From NCBI RefSeq assembly GCF_003018255.1, contig NZ_CP027440.1: DNA of 64,000 nucleotides; one strand, 5' to 3'. Each line of letters opens with the position of its first letter. Within the stretch, counting starts at the first letter, position 1. This DNA comes from Escherichia coli (lineage in GTDB: Bacteria; Pseudomonadota; Gammaproteobacteria; Enterobacterales; Enterobacteriaceae). Below the pieces are notes generated by a model. The model did no database searches. It was not told the origin of the DNA and was given only the letters and a program-made list of their open reading frames with translations. Shown in pieces: positions 1 to 10,941 of this stretch. Position numbers and translations under genes: made by a program.

Positions 1-118
1 GGCCTCAACAGCATTGAATATGTTCACCAGCGCCAGTAACGCGGGTTACGGGAAAGAAGACGATAGCGCAGTTATCAAGATTTTCTCTGGCATCACCCTA
101 CCGGGAGCGAAATCATGA
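1..118 (+). CDS. 3' end of an upstream dehydrogenase gene (ygbJ-like), partial; start lies outside the window
   Basis: Open frame from the window edge ending at TGA 116-118, overlapping the ATG of the next gene (ATGA), which suggests operon coupling. Identity is inferred from conserved gene order only. Confidence 0.5.
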   Translation, partial: ASTALNMFTSASNAGYGKEDDSAVIKIFSGITLPGAKS

Positions 119-1377
119 TCAAGATTGGCGTTATCGCCGATGATTTTACCGGCGCGACGGATATCGCCAGTTTTCTGGTGGAAAACGGTCTACCAACGGT
201 ACAAATTAACGGTGTTCCAACAGGTAAAATGCCGGAAGCAATCGACGCACTGGTGATCAGCCTGAAAACGCGCTCCTGTCCGGTGGTTGAAGCCACACAG
301 CAATCGCTGGCGGCTCTGAGCTGGTTGCAACAGCAAGGTTGCAAACAGATCTATTTCAAATACTGCTCTACTTTCGACAGTTCGGCGAAAGGTAATATCG
401 GCCCGGTTACCGATGCATTAATGGATGCTCTCGACACGCCGTTTACGGTCTTCTCTCCGGCCCTGCCGGTCAACGGACGTACGGTTTATCAGGGGTATTT
501 GTTCGTAATGAATCAACTGCTGGCCGAATCCGGGATGCGCCATCACCCGGTAAATCCCATGACCGACAGCTATCTTCCCCGTCTGGTTGAAGCGCAATCC
601 ACAGGGCGCTGCGGCGTCGTTTCGGCACATGTTTTCGAACAAGGTGTGGATGCCGTTCGTCAGGAGCTGGCTCGCTTACAGCAAGAGGGCTACCGCTACG
701 CGGTGCTTGATGCGCTGACCGAACACCATCTGGAAATTCAGGGAGAAGCCTTGCGCGATACCCCACTGGTAACGGGCGGTTCTGGTCTGGCGATTGGCCT
801 TGCCCGGCAGTGGGCGCAAGAAAACGGTAACCAGGCTCGCGAAGCAGGGCGTCCGCTCGCTGGGCGCGGCGTAGTGCTCTCCGGTTCATGCTCTCAAATG
901 ACCAACCGCCAGGTGGCACATTACCGTCAAATTGCACCAGCCCGTGAGGTTGATGTGGCACGCTGCCTCTCAACCGAAACTCTGGCCGCTTATGCACACG
1001 AGCTGGCAGAGTGGGTTCTGGGCCAGGAAAGTGTACTTGCTCCACTGGTTTTTGCCACCGCCAGCACTGACGCATTGGCAGCAATTCAACAGCAATACGG
1101 TGCACAAAAAGCCAGTCAGGCAGTGGAAACACTGTTTTCTCAACTAGCGGCGCGGTTAGCAGCGGAAGGCGTGACACGCTTTATTGTCGCAGGCGGTGAG
1201 ACCTCCGGCGTAGTCACACAGAGCCTGGGCATAAAAGGTTTTCATATTGGCCCAACCATTTCCCCCGGCGTGCCGTGGGTAAACGCACTGGATAAGCCTG
1301 TCTCACTCGCCCTTAAATCTGGCAACTTCGGTGATGAAGCCTTTTTTTCACGAGCCCAAAGAGAGTTTTTATCATGA
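115..1377 (+). CDS. ygbK: YgbK-type four-carbon acid-sugar kinase (3-oxo-tetronate kinase, OtnK; DUF1537 family)
   Basis: 420-aa ORF with N-terminus MIKIGVIADDFTGATD typical of this family; stop overlaps the next start. Confidence 0.85.
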   Translation: MIKIGVIADDFTGATDIASFLVENGLPTVQINGVPTGKMPEAIDALVISLKTRSCPVVEATQQSLAALSWLQQQGCKQIYFKYCSTFDSSAKGNIGPVTDALMDALDTPFTVFSPALPVNGRTVYQGYLFVMNQLLAESGMRHHPVNPMTDSYLPRLVEAQSTGRCGVVSAHVFEQGVDAVRQELARLQQEGYRYAVLDALTEHHLEIQGEALRDTPLVTGGSGLAIGLARQWAQENGNQAREAGRPLAGRGVVLSGSCSQMTNRQVAHYRQIAPAREVDVARCLSTETLAAYAHELAEWVLGQESVLAPLVFATASTDALAAIQQQYGAQKASQAVETLFSQLAARLAAEGVTRFIVAGGETSGVVTQSLGIKGFHIGPTISPGVPWVNALDKPVSLALKSGNFGDEAFFSRAQREFLS

Positions 1378-2012
1378 GCGATTTCGCAAAAGTAGAGCAG
1401 TCTTTGCGAGAGGAGATGACGCGGATTGCCAGTTCATTCTTTCAGCGCGGATATGCAACTGGTTCGGCTGGCAATCTGTCGCTGCTTTTACCTGACGGGA
1501 ATTTACTGGCGACACCGACAGGTTCATGCCTGGGCAATCTCGATCCGCAGCGGCTTTCCAAAGTCACCGCGGATGGCGAATGGTTAAGTGGTGACAAACC
1601 CTCGAAAGAGGTGCTCTTTCATCTGGCGCTGTATCGCAACAATCCGCGCTGTAAAGCGGTAGTGCATTTGCACAGTACGTGGTCGACGGCGCTTTCCTGC
1701 CTGGAAGGGCTGGACAGCAATAACGTTATTCGGCCGTTCACACCATACGTGGTGATGCGGATGGGAAACGTCCCGCTGGTGCCCTATTACCGACCGGGCG
1801 ATAAACGCATCGCACAGGATCTGGCGGAACTGGCAGCAGACAATCAGGCTTTTTTACTGGCAAATCATGGCCCAGTGGTTTGCGGTGAAAGCCTGCAAGA
1901 AGCCGCCAACAATATGGAAGAGCTAGAGGAAACGGCAAAGCTGATTTTTATTCTCGGTGACCGCCCGATCCGTTATCTGACCGCAGGTGAAATTGCGGAA
2001 TTAAGGAGTTAA
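1374..2012 (+). CDS. ygbL: class II aldolase/adducin-family decarboxylase (3-oxo-tetronate 4-phosphate decarboxylase, OtnC)
   Basis: 212-aa ORF; ATGA overlap with ygbK; position in the ygb operon. Confidence 0.85.
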   Translation: MSDFAKVEQSLREEMTRIASSFFQRGYATGSAGNLSLLLPDGNLLATPTGSCLGNLDPQRLSKVTADGEWLSGDKPSKEVLFHLALYRNNPRCKAVVHLHSTWSTALSCLEGLDSNNVIRPFTPYVVMRMGNVPLVPYYRPGDKRIAQDLAELAADNQAFLLANHGPVVCGESLQEAANNMEELEETAKLIFILGDRPIRYLTAGEIAELRS

Positions 2013-2016
2013 TGCA

Positions 2017-2793
2017 ATGCCTCGTTTTGCAGCTAATTTATCCATGATGTTCACCGAAGTGCCTTTTATTGAACGCTTCGCCGCAGCGCGAAAAGCCGGG
2101 TTCGATGCTGTGGAGTTTCTGTTTCCCTATGACTACTCCCCCCAGCAAATCCAGCAGCAACTGGCGCAAAACCACCTGACGCTGGCGCTGTTCAATACCG
2201 CTCCCGGAGATATTAATGCGGGAGAATGGGGATTATCCGCCCTTCCCGGACGTGAGCACGAAGCACGTGCAGACATCGACCTGGCACTGGAATATGCATT
2301 GGCGCTCAATTGTGAACAAGTCCATGTGATGGCAGGCGTCGTGCCCGCTGGCGAAGATGCTGAACGGTACCGGGCAGTATTTATTGATAATCTCCGCTAC
2401 GCTGCCGACCACTTTGCGCCACACGGCAAGCGAATATTGGTTGAAGCACTCAGCCCCGGCGTTAAGCCTCATTATCTCTTCTCCAGCCAGTATCAGGCAC
2501 TGGCTATTGTTGAAGAGGTTGCGCGAGATAACGTTTTTATTCAACTAGATACTTTCCATGCGCAAAAAGTAGATGGCAACCTGACGCATTTAATCCGCGA
2601 CTACGCCGGGAAATATGCGCACGTACAAATTGCCGGACTACCTGATCGACATGAACCGGACGATGGAGAAATCAACTATCCGTGGCTGTTCCGCCTGTTC
2701 GATGAAGTGGGATATCAGGGCTGGATCGGTTGTGAATACAAACCTCGTGGCCTCACCGAAGAAGGACTTGGCTGGTTTGACGCCTGGCGCTAA
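2017..2793 (+). CDS. ygbM: hydroxypyruvate isomerase-like TIM-barrel protein (2-oxo-tetronate isomerase, OtnI)
   Basis: 258-aa ORF starting 4 nt after the ygbL stop; xylose-isomerase-like fold signature. Confidence 0.85.
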   Translation: MPRFAANLSMMFTEVPFIERFAAARKAGFDAVEFLFPYDYSPQQIQQQLAQNHLTLALFNTAPGDINAGEWGLSALPGREHEARADIDLALEYALALNCEQVHVMAGVVPAGEDAERYRAVFIDNLRYAADHFAPHGKRILVEALSPGVKPHYLFSSQYQALAIVEEVARDNVFIQLDTFHAQKVDGNLTHLIRDYAGKYAHVQIAGLPDRHEPDDGEINYPWLFRLFDEVGYQGWIGCEYKPRGLTEEGLGWFDAWR

Positions 2794-2881
2794 TTCGTTA
2801 AATCCCCAATTACAACGTACCCATACATCCCCCCATCTACGGATGGGGTAGGTTAACTATAACTTTCAGACAGGGTTTCCC

Positions 2882-4246
2882 ATGTCCACAATTACATTGT
2901 TATGCATTGCGTTAACTGGCGTAATCATGCTGTTGCTGCTGGTCATCAAGGCAAAGGTACAACCATTCGTTGCTCTGCTCCTCGTCAGCCTGTTAGTCGC
3001 ACTTGCGGCGGGTATACCGGCGGGCGAAGTGGGTAAAGTGATGATCGCCGGGATGGGCGGTGTGCTTGGTTCCGTCACTATTATTATTGGTCTGGGCGCT
3101 ATGCTGGGGCGTATGATCGAACACTCTGGTGGTGCAGAGTCACTGGCTAATTATTTCAGTCGCAAGTTAGGCGACAAACGAACTATCGCTGCGCTGACTC
3201 TGGCAGCGTTCTTCCTCGGTATTCCCGTCTTCTTTGATGTCGGCTTTATTATTCTTGCGCCAATCATTTACGGTTTTGCCAAGGTTGCCAAAATATCACC
3301 ACTCAAATTTGGTCTGCCTGTCGCTGGGATCATGCTCACTGTTCACGTGGCGGTACCGCCTCATCCAGGCCCTGTCGCCGCAGCGGGGTTACTCCACGCA
3401 GACATCGGCTGGCTAACCATCATCGGTATTGCGATTTCTATTCCCGTAGGGATTGTTGGCTACTTTGCAGCGAAAATAATCAATAAGCGCCAATATGCGA
3501 TGTCGGTCGAGGTACTGGAACAGATGCAACTGGCTCCGGCCAGTGAGGAAGGCGCGACAAAATTAAGCGATAAAATAAATCCACCGGGCGTCGCGCTGGT
3601 CACCTCGCTAATTGTTATTCCTATCGCGATTATCATGGCGGGTACGGTTTCCGCAACACTGATGCCGCCTTCGCATCCCCTGCTTGGTACGCTACAGCTG
3701 ATCGGCTCACCAATGGTAGCTCTAATGATTGCGCTGGTGCTGGCATTCTGGTTATTGGCTTTACGTCGCGGCTGGAGCTTACAACACACCAGCGACATTA
3801 TGGGCTCAGCCCTTCCCACTGCGGCGGTAGTGATTTTGGTTACTGGTGCTGGAGGGGTATTTGGCAAAGTGCTGGTGGAATCGGGCGTCGGTAAAGCCCT
3901 TGCCAACATGTTACAAATGATTGACCTGCCTCTGTTACCAGCCGCATTTATTATTTCACTGGCGCTGCGTGCATCGCAGGGGTCAGCAACCGTAGCAATC
4001 CTGACAACCGGCGGGTTACTCTCAGAAGCGGTGATGGGATTGAATCCAATTCAGTGCGTATTGGTGACGCTGGCAGCCTGCTTTGGTGGGCTTGGCGCGT
4101 CACATATTAATGACTCAGGGTTCTGGATTGTGACCAAATATCTGGGGTTGTCGGTAGCAGACGGGCTGAAAACCTGGACAGTGTTAACGACCATTCTCGG
4201 TTTTACCGGATTCTTAATTACCTGGTGCATATGGGCGGTAATTTGA
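2882..4246 (+). CDS. ygbN: GntP-family acid-sugar:H+ permease
   Basis: 454-aa highly hydrophobic ORF of GntP transporter length and pattern. Confidence 0.85.
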   Translation: MSTITLLCIALTGVIMLLLLVIKAKVQPFVALLLVSLLVALAAGIPAGEVGKVMIAGMGGVLGSVTIIIGLGAMLGRMIEHSGGAESLANYFSRKLGDKRTIAALTLAAFFLGIPVFFDVGFIILAPIIYGFAKVAKISPLKFGLPVAGIMLTVHVAVPPHPGPVAAAGLLHADIGWLTIIGIAISIPVGIVGYFAAKIINKRQYAMSVEVLEQMQLAPASEEGATKLSDKINPPGVALVTSLIVIPIAIIMAGTVSATLMPPSHPLLGTLQLIGSPMVALMIALVLAFWLLALRRGWSLQHTSDIMGSALPTAAVVILVTGAGGVFGKVLVESGVGKALANMLQMIDLPLLPAAFIISLALRASQGSATVAILTTGGLLSEAVMGLNPIQCVLVTLAACFGGLGASHINDSGFWIVTKYLGLSVADGLKTWTVLTTILGFTGFLITWCIWAVI

Positions 4247-4253
4247 CCTTAAT

Positions 4254-4281
4254 AAAAGGTCCGATGGGCATCGGACCTTTT
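4254..4281. terminator. bidirectional intrinsic terminator between ygbN (+) and the decarboxylase operon (-)
   Basis: Perfect inverted repeat AAAAGGTCCGATG/CATCGGACCTTTT, A-run before and T-run after, directly flanked by two convergent stop codons. Confidence 0.7.
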
Positions 4282-4283
4282 AT

Positions 4284-4520
4284 TTAGCGCTTACCTTCCG
4301 CCAGCAGCGGCGGGATGCTCGGCACCATCGGCGCGTCATCAATATCTTTCTGCGTCATGCGGAACGCTTCGGGATAATGTTCGCGGCTGGTGCGGCGTAG
4401 CGGTTCGGTATCGCGCCAGGTATAGAGGCAATGCTGGCACTGGTAGACCATCCAGACATCTTTTACCGGCGATTTCGCCATCACTTCAATCTGTTCATCG
4501 GCACAACGTGGACAAATCAT
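4284..4520 (-). CDS. ecdD: small zinc-ribbon subunit of a UbiD-type hydroxyarylic acid decarboxylase (EcdD/KpdD/BsdD-like)
   Basis: 78-aa ORF with CPRC...CQHC; immediately downstream of and co-oriented with the UbiD-like gene. Confidence 0.75.
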   Translation of the reverse strand: MICPRCADEQIEVMAKSPVKDVWMVYQCQHCLYTWRDTEPLRRTSREHYPEAFRMTQKDIDDAPMVPSIPPLLAEGKR

Positions 4521-4530
4521 CTTGTTCTCC

Positions 4531-5958
4531 TTATTGACGTGCGGCCAGCATAGCGGTCAGTTTTTCAGCCCAGGCTTTGGTTTCCGGTAAGTCCACCACC
4601 GGCTGGCTGTAGTGACCACGGTTGTCCGGGGCGACAGGCGTGGTGGCGTCGATAATCAGCTTGTCGGTGATCCCCGCCGGACTTGAGCCAGGGTCGAGTT
4701 CCAGCACGGACATATTCGGCAACTGTACCAAATCCCCTGCCGGGTTCACTTTCGAGGAGAGCGCCCACATCACCTGCGGCAGGTTGAACGGATCAACGTC
4801 TTCATCGACCATAATCACCATCTTCACGTAGCCCAGACCGTGCGGCGTGGTCATCGCACGCAGGCCCACCGCGCGGGCAAAGCCGCCGTAGCGTTTTTTG
4901 GTGGAGATAATCGCCAGCAGGCCGTGGGTGTACATGGCGTTTACCGCCTGCACTTCCGGGAACTCGGCTTTCAGTTGTTGATACAGCGGCACGCAGGTGG
5001 CAGGCCCCATCAGGTAGTCGATTTCGGTCCACGGCATACCAAGATAGAGCGATTCGAAAATCGGTTTGGTACGGTAAGAGACTTTATCGATACGCACCAC
5101 GGTCATGTTACGCCCGCCGGAGTAGTGGCCGGTAAACTCACCGAACGGCCCTTCAATCTCACGTTTACGACTTTCGATAACCCCTTCGAGGATCACTTCC
5201 GAGCCCCACGGCACATCAAAACCGGTCAGCGGGGCGGTGGCGATCGGGTACGGGCTTTCGCGCAGCGCGCCTGCCATTTCGTACTCAGACTGATCGTATT
5301 TCAGCGGCGTGGCCCCCATTAGGGTGATGATCGGATCGTTACCGAGTGTGATGGCAATCGGCAGATCTTCACCGCGCTCTTCTGCTTTATGCAGATGCAG
5401 GGCGATATCGTGCATCGGCACCGGTTGCAGGCCGAGCTTACGCTTGCCCTTCACTTCCATGCGGTAGATGCCGACGTTCTGCTTGCCGAAGTTATCCGGG
5501 TCGAGCGGATCGCGGGAAACCACGCACGCTTTATCGAGATAGAAACCGCCATCACCGTCGTTTAAACGAAACAGCGGCAGAATATTGAACAGGTTGATCT
5601 CGTCGCCATCGACGGTGTTCTGCGCCCAGGCTGGATTGGCGCGGCGCTCCGGGGCAATGGGGAAGTTATCCCAGCGGCGGATAAACTCATCAATCTGTTT
5701 TTTAACCGGGGTGTTTGGCGGCAGGCCGAGGGAAATCGCGTGGTTCTGCCAGGAACCGATGGTGTTCATTGCCACGCGGGCATCGATAAAGCCGCGAATA
5801 TTATCAAACCAAAGCGCGGGCGCGCCGTCGCCGATACGCCCGGTGGCGTTGGCTGCGGCTGCCAGATCCGGTTCCGCGTTCACCTCTTCGCTGATTTTCA
5901 GTAACTGGCCGTGGTCATCAAGCGCCTGTAAAAAGCTGCGTAAATCATCAAATGCCAT
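4531..5958 (-). CDS. ecdC: UbiD-family non-oxidative aromatic acid decarboxylase (EcdC/KpdC-like)
   Basis: 475-aa ORF with UbiD-like N-terminus MAFDDLRSFLQALDDHGQLLKI; start overlaps the upstream stop. Confidence 0.85.
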   Translation of the reverse strand: MAFDDLRSFLQALDDHGQLLKISEEVNAEPDLAAAANATGRIGDGAPALWFDNIRGFIDARVAMNTIGSWQNHAISLGLPPNTPVKKQIDEFIRRWDNFPIAPERRANPAWAQNTVDGDEINLFNILPLFRLNDGDGGFYLDKACVVSRDPLDPDNFGKQNVGIYRMEVKGKRKLGLQPVPMHDIALHLHKAEERGEDLPIAITLGNDPIITLMGATPLKYDQSEYEMAGALRESPYPIATAPLTGFDVPWGSEVILEGVIESRKREIEGPFGEFTGHYSGGRNMTVVRIDKVSYRTKPIFESLYLGMPWTEIDYLMGPATCVPLYQQLKAEFPEVQAVNAMYTHGLLAIISTKKRYGGFARAVGLRAMTTPHGLGYVKMVIMVDEDVDPFNLPQVMWALSSKVNPAGDLVQLPNMSVLELDPGSSPAGITDKLIIDATTPVAPDNRGHYSQPVVDLPETKAWAEKLTAMLAARQ

Positions 5959-6551
5959 TATTCATTCTCCTGAGAAAAATTCCGGGCCTGCGGCAATCCT
6001 TGCCAGCGCCTGGCGTGAGGATGTTCGAGGCCAAATTGATCCAGCACGCGGGCTACCACGTGGTGGACAATGTCATCTACCGTTTCGGGATGGTTATAAA
6101 AGGCAGGCATCGGCGGCACCATCGCCACGCCCATGCGCGAAAGTGCGAGCATATTTTCGAGATGGATTGTGCTAAGCGGCATTTCACGCGGCACCAGCAC
6201 CAGTTTGCGGCCTTCTTTGAGCACGACGTCCGCCGCGCGCCCCACCAGGCCATCGGCGTAACCAGCGCGGATACCGGCGAGCGTTTTCATACTGCATGGA
6301 ATAACGATCATGCCGTCGGTACGAAAGGAGCCGGAAGAGATAGTCGCCGCCTGATCCGCCGGGTTATGGCTGAAGTCTGCGAGGGCGGCAACATCGCGAG
6401 CGCTGTAAGGCGTTTCCAGTTCAATCGTGATTTTCGCCCACTTCGACATCACTAGATGAGTCTCGACATTCGGCATCTCCCGCAGCGCTTGCAGTAATGC
6501 CACACCAAGAGGCGCACCGGTAGCCCCTGTCATCCCGACGATCAGTTTCAT
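5958..6551 (-). CDS. ecdB: UbiX/Pad1-family flavin prenyltransferase (EcdB/KpdB-like)
   Basis: 197-aa ORF with MKLIVGMTGATGA flavoprotein motif; first gene of the three-gene minus-strand operon. Confidence 0.85.
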   Translation of the reverse strand: MKLIVGMTGATGAPLGVALLQALREMPNVETHLVMSKWAKITIELETPYSARDVAALADFSHNPADQAATISSGSFRTDGMIVIPCSMKTLAGIRAGYADGLVGRAADVVLKEGRKLVLVPREMPLSTIHLENMLALSRMGVAMVPPMPAFYNHPETVDDIVHHVVARVLDQFGLEHPHARRWQGLPQARNFSQENE

Positions 6552-6568
6552 TGCTTACTCTCTTAATT

Positions 6569-6582
6569 GTTCGTATACGAAC
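6569..6582. promoter_or_regulatory. 14-bp perfect palindrome GTTCGTATACGAAC in the divergent promoter region (candidate MarR-type operator)
   Basis: Perfect dyad about 18 nt upstream of the ecdB start codon, between the divergent MarR gene and the decarboxylase operon. Confidence 0.35.
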
Positions 6583-6697
6583 GTTATTATTAACATACTC
6601 CTTCATTTCCACAGCGGCAAGGATTGAAAAGTAACAACATCTTCTTCGTCACTGAAAAACCGCTATGATAGCGACAGAGAATTAGCCCGGAGTTTAC

Positions 6698-7105
6698 ATG
6701 GCGTTACGAAATAAAGCGTTCCATCAGTTACGACAGCTTTTTCAGCAGCATACAGCTCGCTGGCAGCACGAGTTACCTGACCTGACCAAACCACAGTACG
6801 CGGTGATGCGCGCCATTGCTGATAAGCCTGGTATCGAACAGGTGGCACTGATAGAAGCAGCAGTCAGCACCAAAGCAACGCTGGCAGAAATGTTGGCAAG
6901 AATGGAAAATCGTGGCTTAGTCAGACGTGAACATGACGCCGCTGACAAGCGGCGACGCTTTGTCTGGCTGACTGCCGAAGGAGAAAAGGTACTTGCTGCG
7001 GCGATCCCCATTGGTGACAGTGTGGATGAGGAATTTTTGGGGCGTTTGAGTGCAGAAGAGCAGGAGCTGTTTATGCAGTTGGTGCGCAAGATGATGAGCA
7101 AATAG
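6698..7105 (+). CDS. MarR/SlyA-family transcriptional regulator
   Basis: 135-aa ORF with winged-helix MarR pattern, divergent from the decarboxylase operon. Confidence 0.8.
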   Translation: MALRNKAFHQLRQLFQQHTARWQHELPDLTKPQYAVMRAIADKPGIEQVALIEAAVSTKATLAEMLARMENRGLVRREHDAADKRRRFVWLTAEGEKVLAAAIPIGDSVDEEFLGRLSAEEQELFMQLVRKMMSK

Positions 7106-7182
7106 GATGCTGATTGCCGGGTAGGACGCTGACGAGTCTTATCCAGGCGACAAAACACACCGACTTCCCAAACAAAAGAAAA

Positions 7183-7208
7183 AGGCCAGCCTCGCTTGAG
7201 ACTGGCCT
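7183..7208 (-). terminator. rpoS intrinsic terminator
   Basis: 11-bp stem (AGGCCAGCCTC/GAGACTGGCCT, one mismatch) followed on the minus strand by a U-rich tract, about 20 nt downstream of the rpoS stop. Confidence 0.65.
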
Positions 7209-7225
7209 TTCTGACAGATGCTTAC

Positions 7226-8218
7226 TTATTCGCGGAACAGCGCTTCGATATTCAGCCCCTGCGTTTGCAGGATTTCGCGCAAACGGCGCAGGCCTTCAAC
7301 CTGAATCTGGCGAACACGTTCACGGGTGAGGCCAATTTCACGACCTACATCTTCCAGTGTTGCCGCTTCGTACCCCAGCAAACCGAATCGACGTGCCAGT
7401 ACTTCACGCTGTTTGGCGTTCAGCTCGAACAGCCATTTGACGATGCTCTGCTTCATATCGTCATCTTGCGTGGTATCTTCCGGACCGTTCTCTTTTTCAT
7501 CGGCCAGGATGTCCAGCAACGCTTTTTCGGAATCACCACCCAGCGGGGTGTCTACCGAGGTAATGCGCTCGTTAAGACGAAGCATACGGCTGACGTCATC
7601 AACTGGCTTATCCAGTTGCTCTGCGATCTCTTCCGCACTTGGTTCGTGGTCCAGTTTATGGGACAACTCGCGTGCGGTTCGCAGGTAAACGTTCAGCTCC
7701 TTTACGATGTGAATAGGCAAACGAATAGTACGGGTTTGGTTCATAATCGCCCGTTCGATCGTCTGGCGAATCCACCAGGTTGCGTATGTTGAGAAGCGGA
7801 AACCACGTTCCGGGTCAAACTTCTCTACCGCGCGGATCAGCCCCAGGTTGCCCTCTTCGATCAGGTCCAGCAACGCCAGACCACGATTGCCATAACGGCG
7901 GGCAATTTTTACCACCAGACGCAAGTTACTCTCGATCATCCGGCGGCGGGAGGCAACATCTCCACGCAGTGCGCGACGCGCAAAATAAACTTCTTCTTCG
8001 GCCGTTAACAGTGGTGAATAACCAATCTCACCAAGGTAAAGCTGAGTCGCGTCCAGCACACGCTGTGTGGCTCCCTGCGATAACAGTTCCTCTTCGGCCA
8101 AATCGTTATCACTGGGTTCCTCTTCTACTAAGGCCTTTTCGTCAAAAACCTCAACTCCGTTCTCATCAAATTCCGCATCTTCATTTAAATCATGAACTTT
8201 CAGCGTATTCTGACTCAT
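7226..8218 (-). CDS. rpoS: RNA polymerase sigma factor sigma-S (sigma-38)
   Basis: ORF extends to 8254 but the start is placed at [17 protein letters not shown], giving 330 aa; sigma-70 family regions present; codon 33 is Glu, so no amber or truncating allele. Confidence 0.95.
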   Translation of the reverse strand: MSQNTLKVHDLNEDAEFDENGVEVFDEKALVEEEPSDNDLAEEELLSQGATQRVLDATQLYLGEIGYSPLLTAEEEVYFARRALRGDVASRRRMIESNLRLVVKIARRYGNRGLALLDLIEEGNLGLIRAVEKFDPERGFRFSTYATWWIRQTIERAIMNQTRTIRLPIHIVKELNVYLRTARELSHKLDHEPSAEEIAEQLDKPVDDVSRMLRLNERITSVDTPLGGDSEKALLDILADEKENGPEDTTQDDDMKQSIVKWLFELNAKQREVLARRFGLLGYEAATLEDVGREIGLTRERVRQIQVEGLRRLREILQTQGLNIEALFRE

Positions 8219-8280
8219 AAGGTGGCTCCTACCCGTGATCCCTTGACGGAACATTCAAGCAAAAGCCTGGTTCCGCCGAT

Positions 8281-9420
8281 TTATCGCTGCGGCAAATAAC
8301 GCAGCGGGTTTACGGATTTCCCCTTGTAACGAATTTCAAAATGCAAGCGTGTTGAACTGGTTCCGGTGCTACCCATGGTTGCTATTTTTTGCCCCGCCTT
8401 CACTTCTTGTTGTTCCCGGACCAGCATTGTGTCGTTATGGGCGTAGGCACTCAGGTAATCATCATTATGTTTGATGATAATCAGATTACCGTAGCCGCGC
8501 AGCGCGTTACCGGCATAAACAACGCGGCCATCTGCGGTCGCGATAATTGCCTGTCCTTTGCTGCCTGCGATATCAATCCCCTTGTTGCCCCCCTCAGAAG
8601 CGCCAAAGGTTTCGATCACTTTGCCCTCAGTCGGCCAGCGCCAGGTGGAGATAGGCGTACTGGTTGATGTACTGCTGACAGTCGGCTCGGTTGTGCTTGC
8701 TGTTGGTACCGTTACAGGCGCTGTGACCGTGGTCGCAGTTGGCTTGTTGTTCGGCAACATTTTGTTAGCACTCTGTTCACCCGAAGACTCAGAATACGTA
8801 ATTGTCGGTTGCGACGCAACAGCAACGGTGGAATTTTGTGCAGGCTTGATCACAACTCCTTGCTCTGCTGCGTCGGCCTGGGTAATGGCATTTCCGCCAG
8901 TGATTGGCGTACCGGAAGCATTACCCACCTGTAAGGTCTGACCGACGTTCAGCGCGTATGGTGCCTGAATATTGTTGCGCTGAGCAAGGTCACGGAAATC
9001 GTTGCCAGTAATCCAGGCGATATAGAAAAGTGTGTCGCCTTTTTTCACGGTATAGGTACTGCCGCTATAACTGCCTTTCGGAATGTTCCCATACTGACGG
9101 TTGTAGACGATGCGTCCGTTTTCCATCTGTACCGGCTGCTGAGCTACTGGCTGTACTGGCTGGATTTGCGGTTGTTGAGTAGCCTGAATTTGTGGCTGCT
9201 GTACCGGCTGAATTTGCGGTTGCTGCGCTGTAGACGTCGTCCCCATTTTCGGCGGCGGCGTAATCAACATACCAGAATTGGTATTTGCAGGCGCATTGCC
9301 ATTAACGGAGCTGACCGGTGCCGGTGGATTTGAAGTGTCAGAACAGCCTGCCAGCCATAGCGAAACCAGTGACAAAGCCGCAATGCGGCGAACGGTGAAT
9401 TTTGGGCTTCCCGCGCTCAT
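8281..9420 (-). CDS. nlpD: murein hydrolase activator lipoprotein NlpD (LysM plus M23 peptidase-like domains)
   Basis: 379-aa ORF with lipoprotein signal (LAGC), Q/P-rich repeats and a C-terminal M23 domain. From established knowledge, the main rpoS promoter lies inside this gene. Confidence 0.95.
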   Translation of the reverse strand: MSAGSPKFTVRRIAALSLVSLWLAGCSDTSNPPAPVSSVNGNAPANTNSGMLITPPPKMGTTSTAQQPQIQPVQQPQIQATQQPQIQPVQPVAQQPVQMENGRIVYNRQYGNIPKGSYSGSTYTVKKGDTLFYIAWITGNDFRDLAQRNNIQAPYALNVGQTLQVGNASGTPITGGNAITQADAAEQGVVIKPAQNSTVAVASQPTITYSESSGEQSANKMLPNNKPTATTVTAPVTVPTASTTEPTVSSTSTSTPISTWRWPTEGKVIETFGASEGGNKGIDIAGSKGQAIIATADGRVVYAGNALRGYGNLIIIKHNDDYLSAYAHNDTMLVREQQEVKAGQKIATMGSTGTSSTRLHFEIRYKGKSVNPLRYLPQR

Positions 9421-9559
9421 TTATCCCCCAGGAAAAATTGGTTAATAACCAGTGACATAATTACCGTGCAAGGCACCATACTGAACACTGGAAAAGATGT
9501 TCACGATACGCTGACCTGCGGCAAAATAACCAGGAAAAATCCAGGTATTTCCTCACGTT

Positions 9560-10921
<1,362 letters not shown>

Positions 10922-10941
<20 letters not shown>

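Noticed and set aside
7226-8254. Longer N-terminal extensions for rpoS (342 aa), surE (268), cysH (257), queD (149), ygcN (433), ygcO (98), ygcQ (297), ygcR (261), ygcS (469), ygcW (286), gudD (454), cas1 (310), cas2 (129), casD (226) and ygcG (341)
   Set aside because: The longest ORFs read into upstream genes or intergenic hairpins; internal starts give conserved N-termini, sensible ribosome-binding-site spacing and family-typical lengths.
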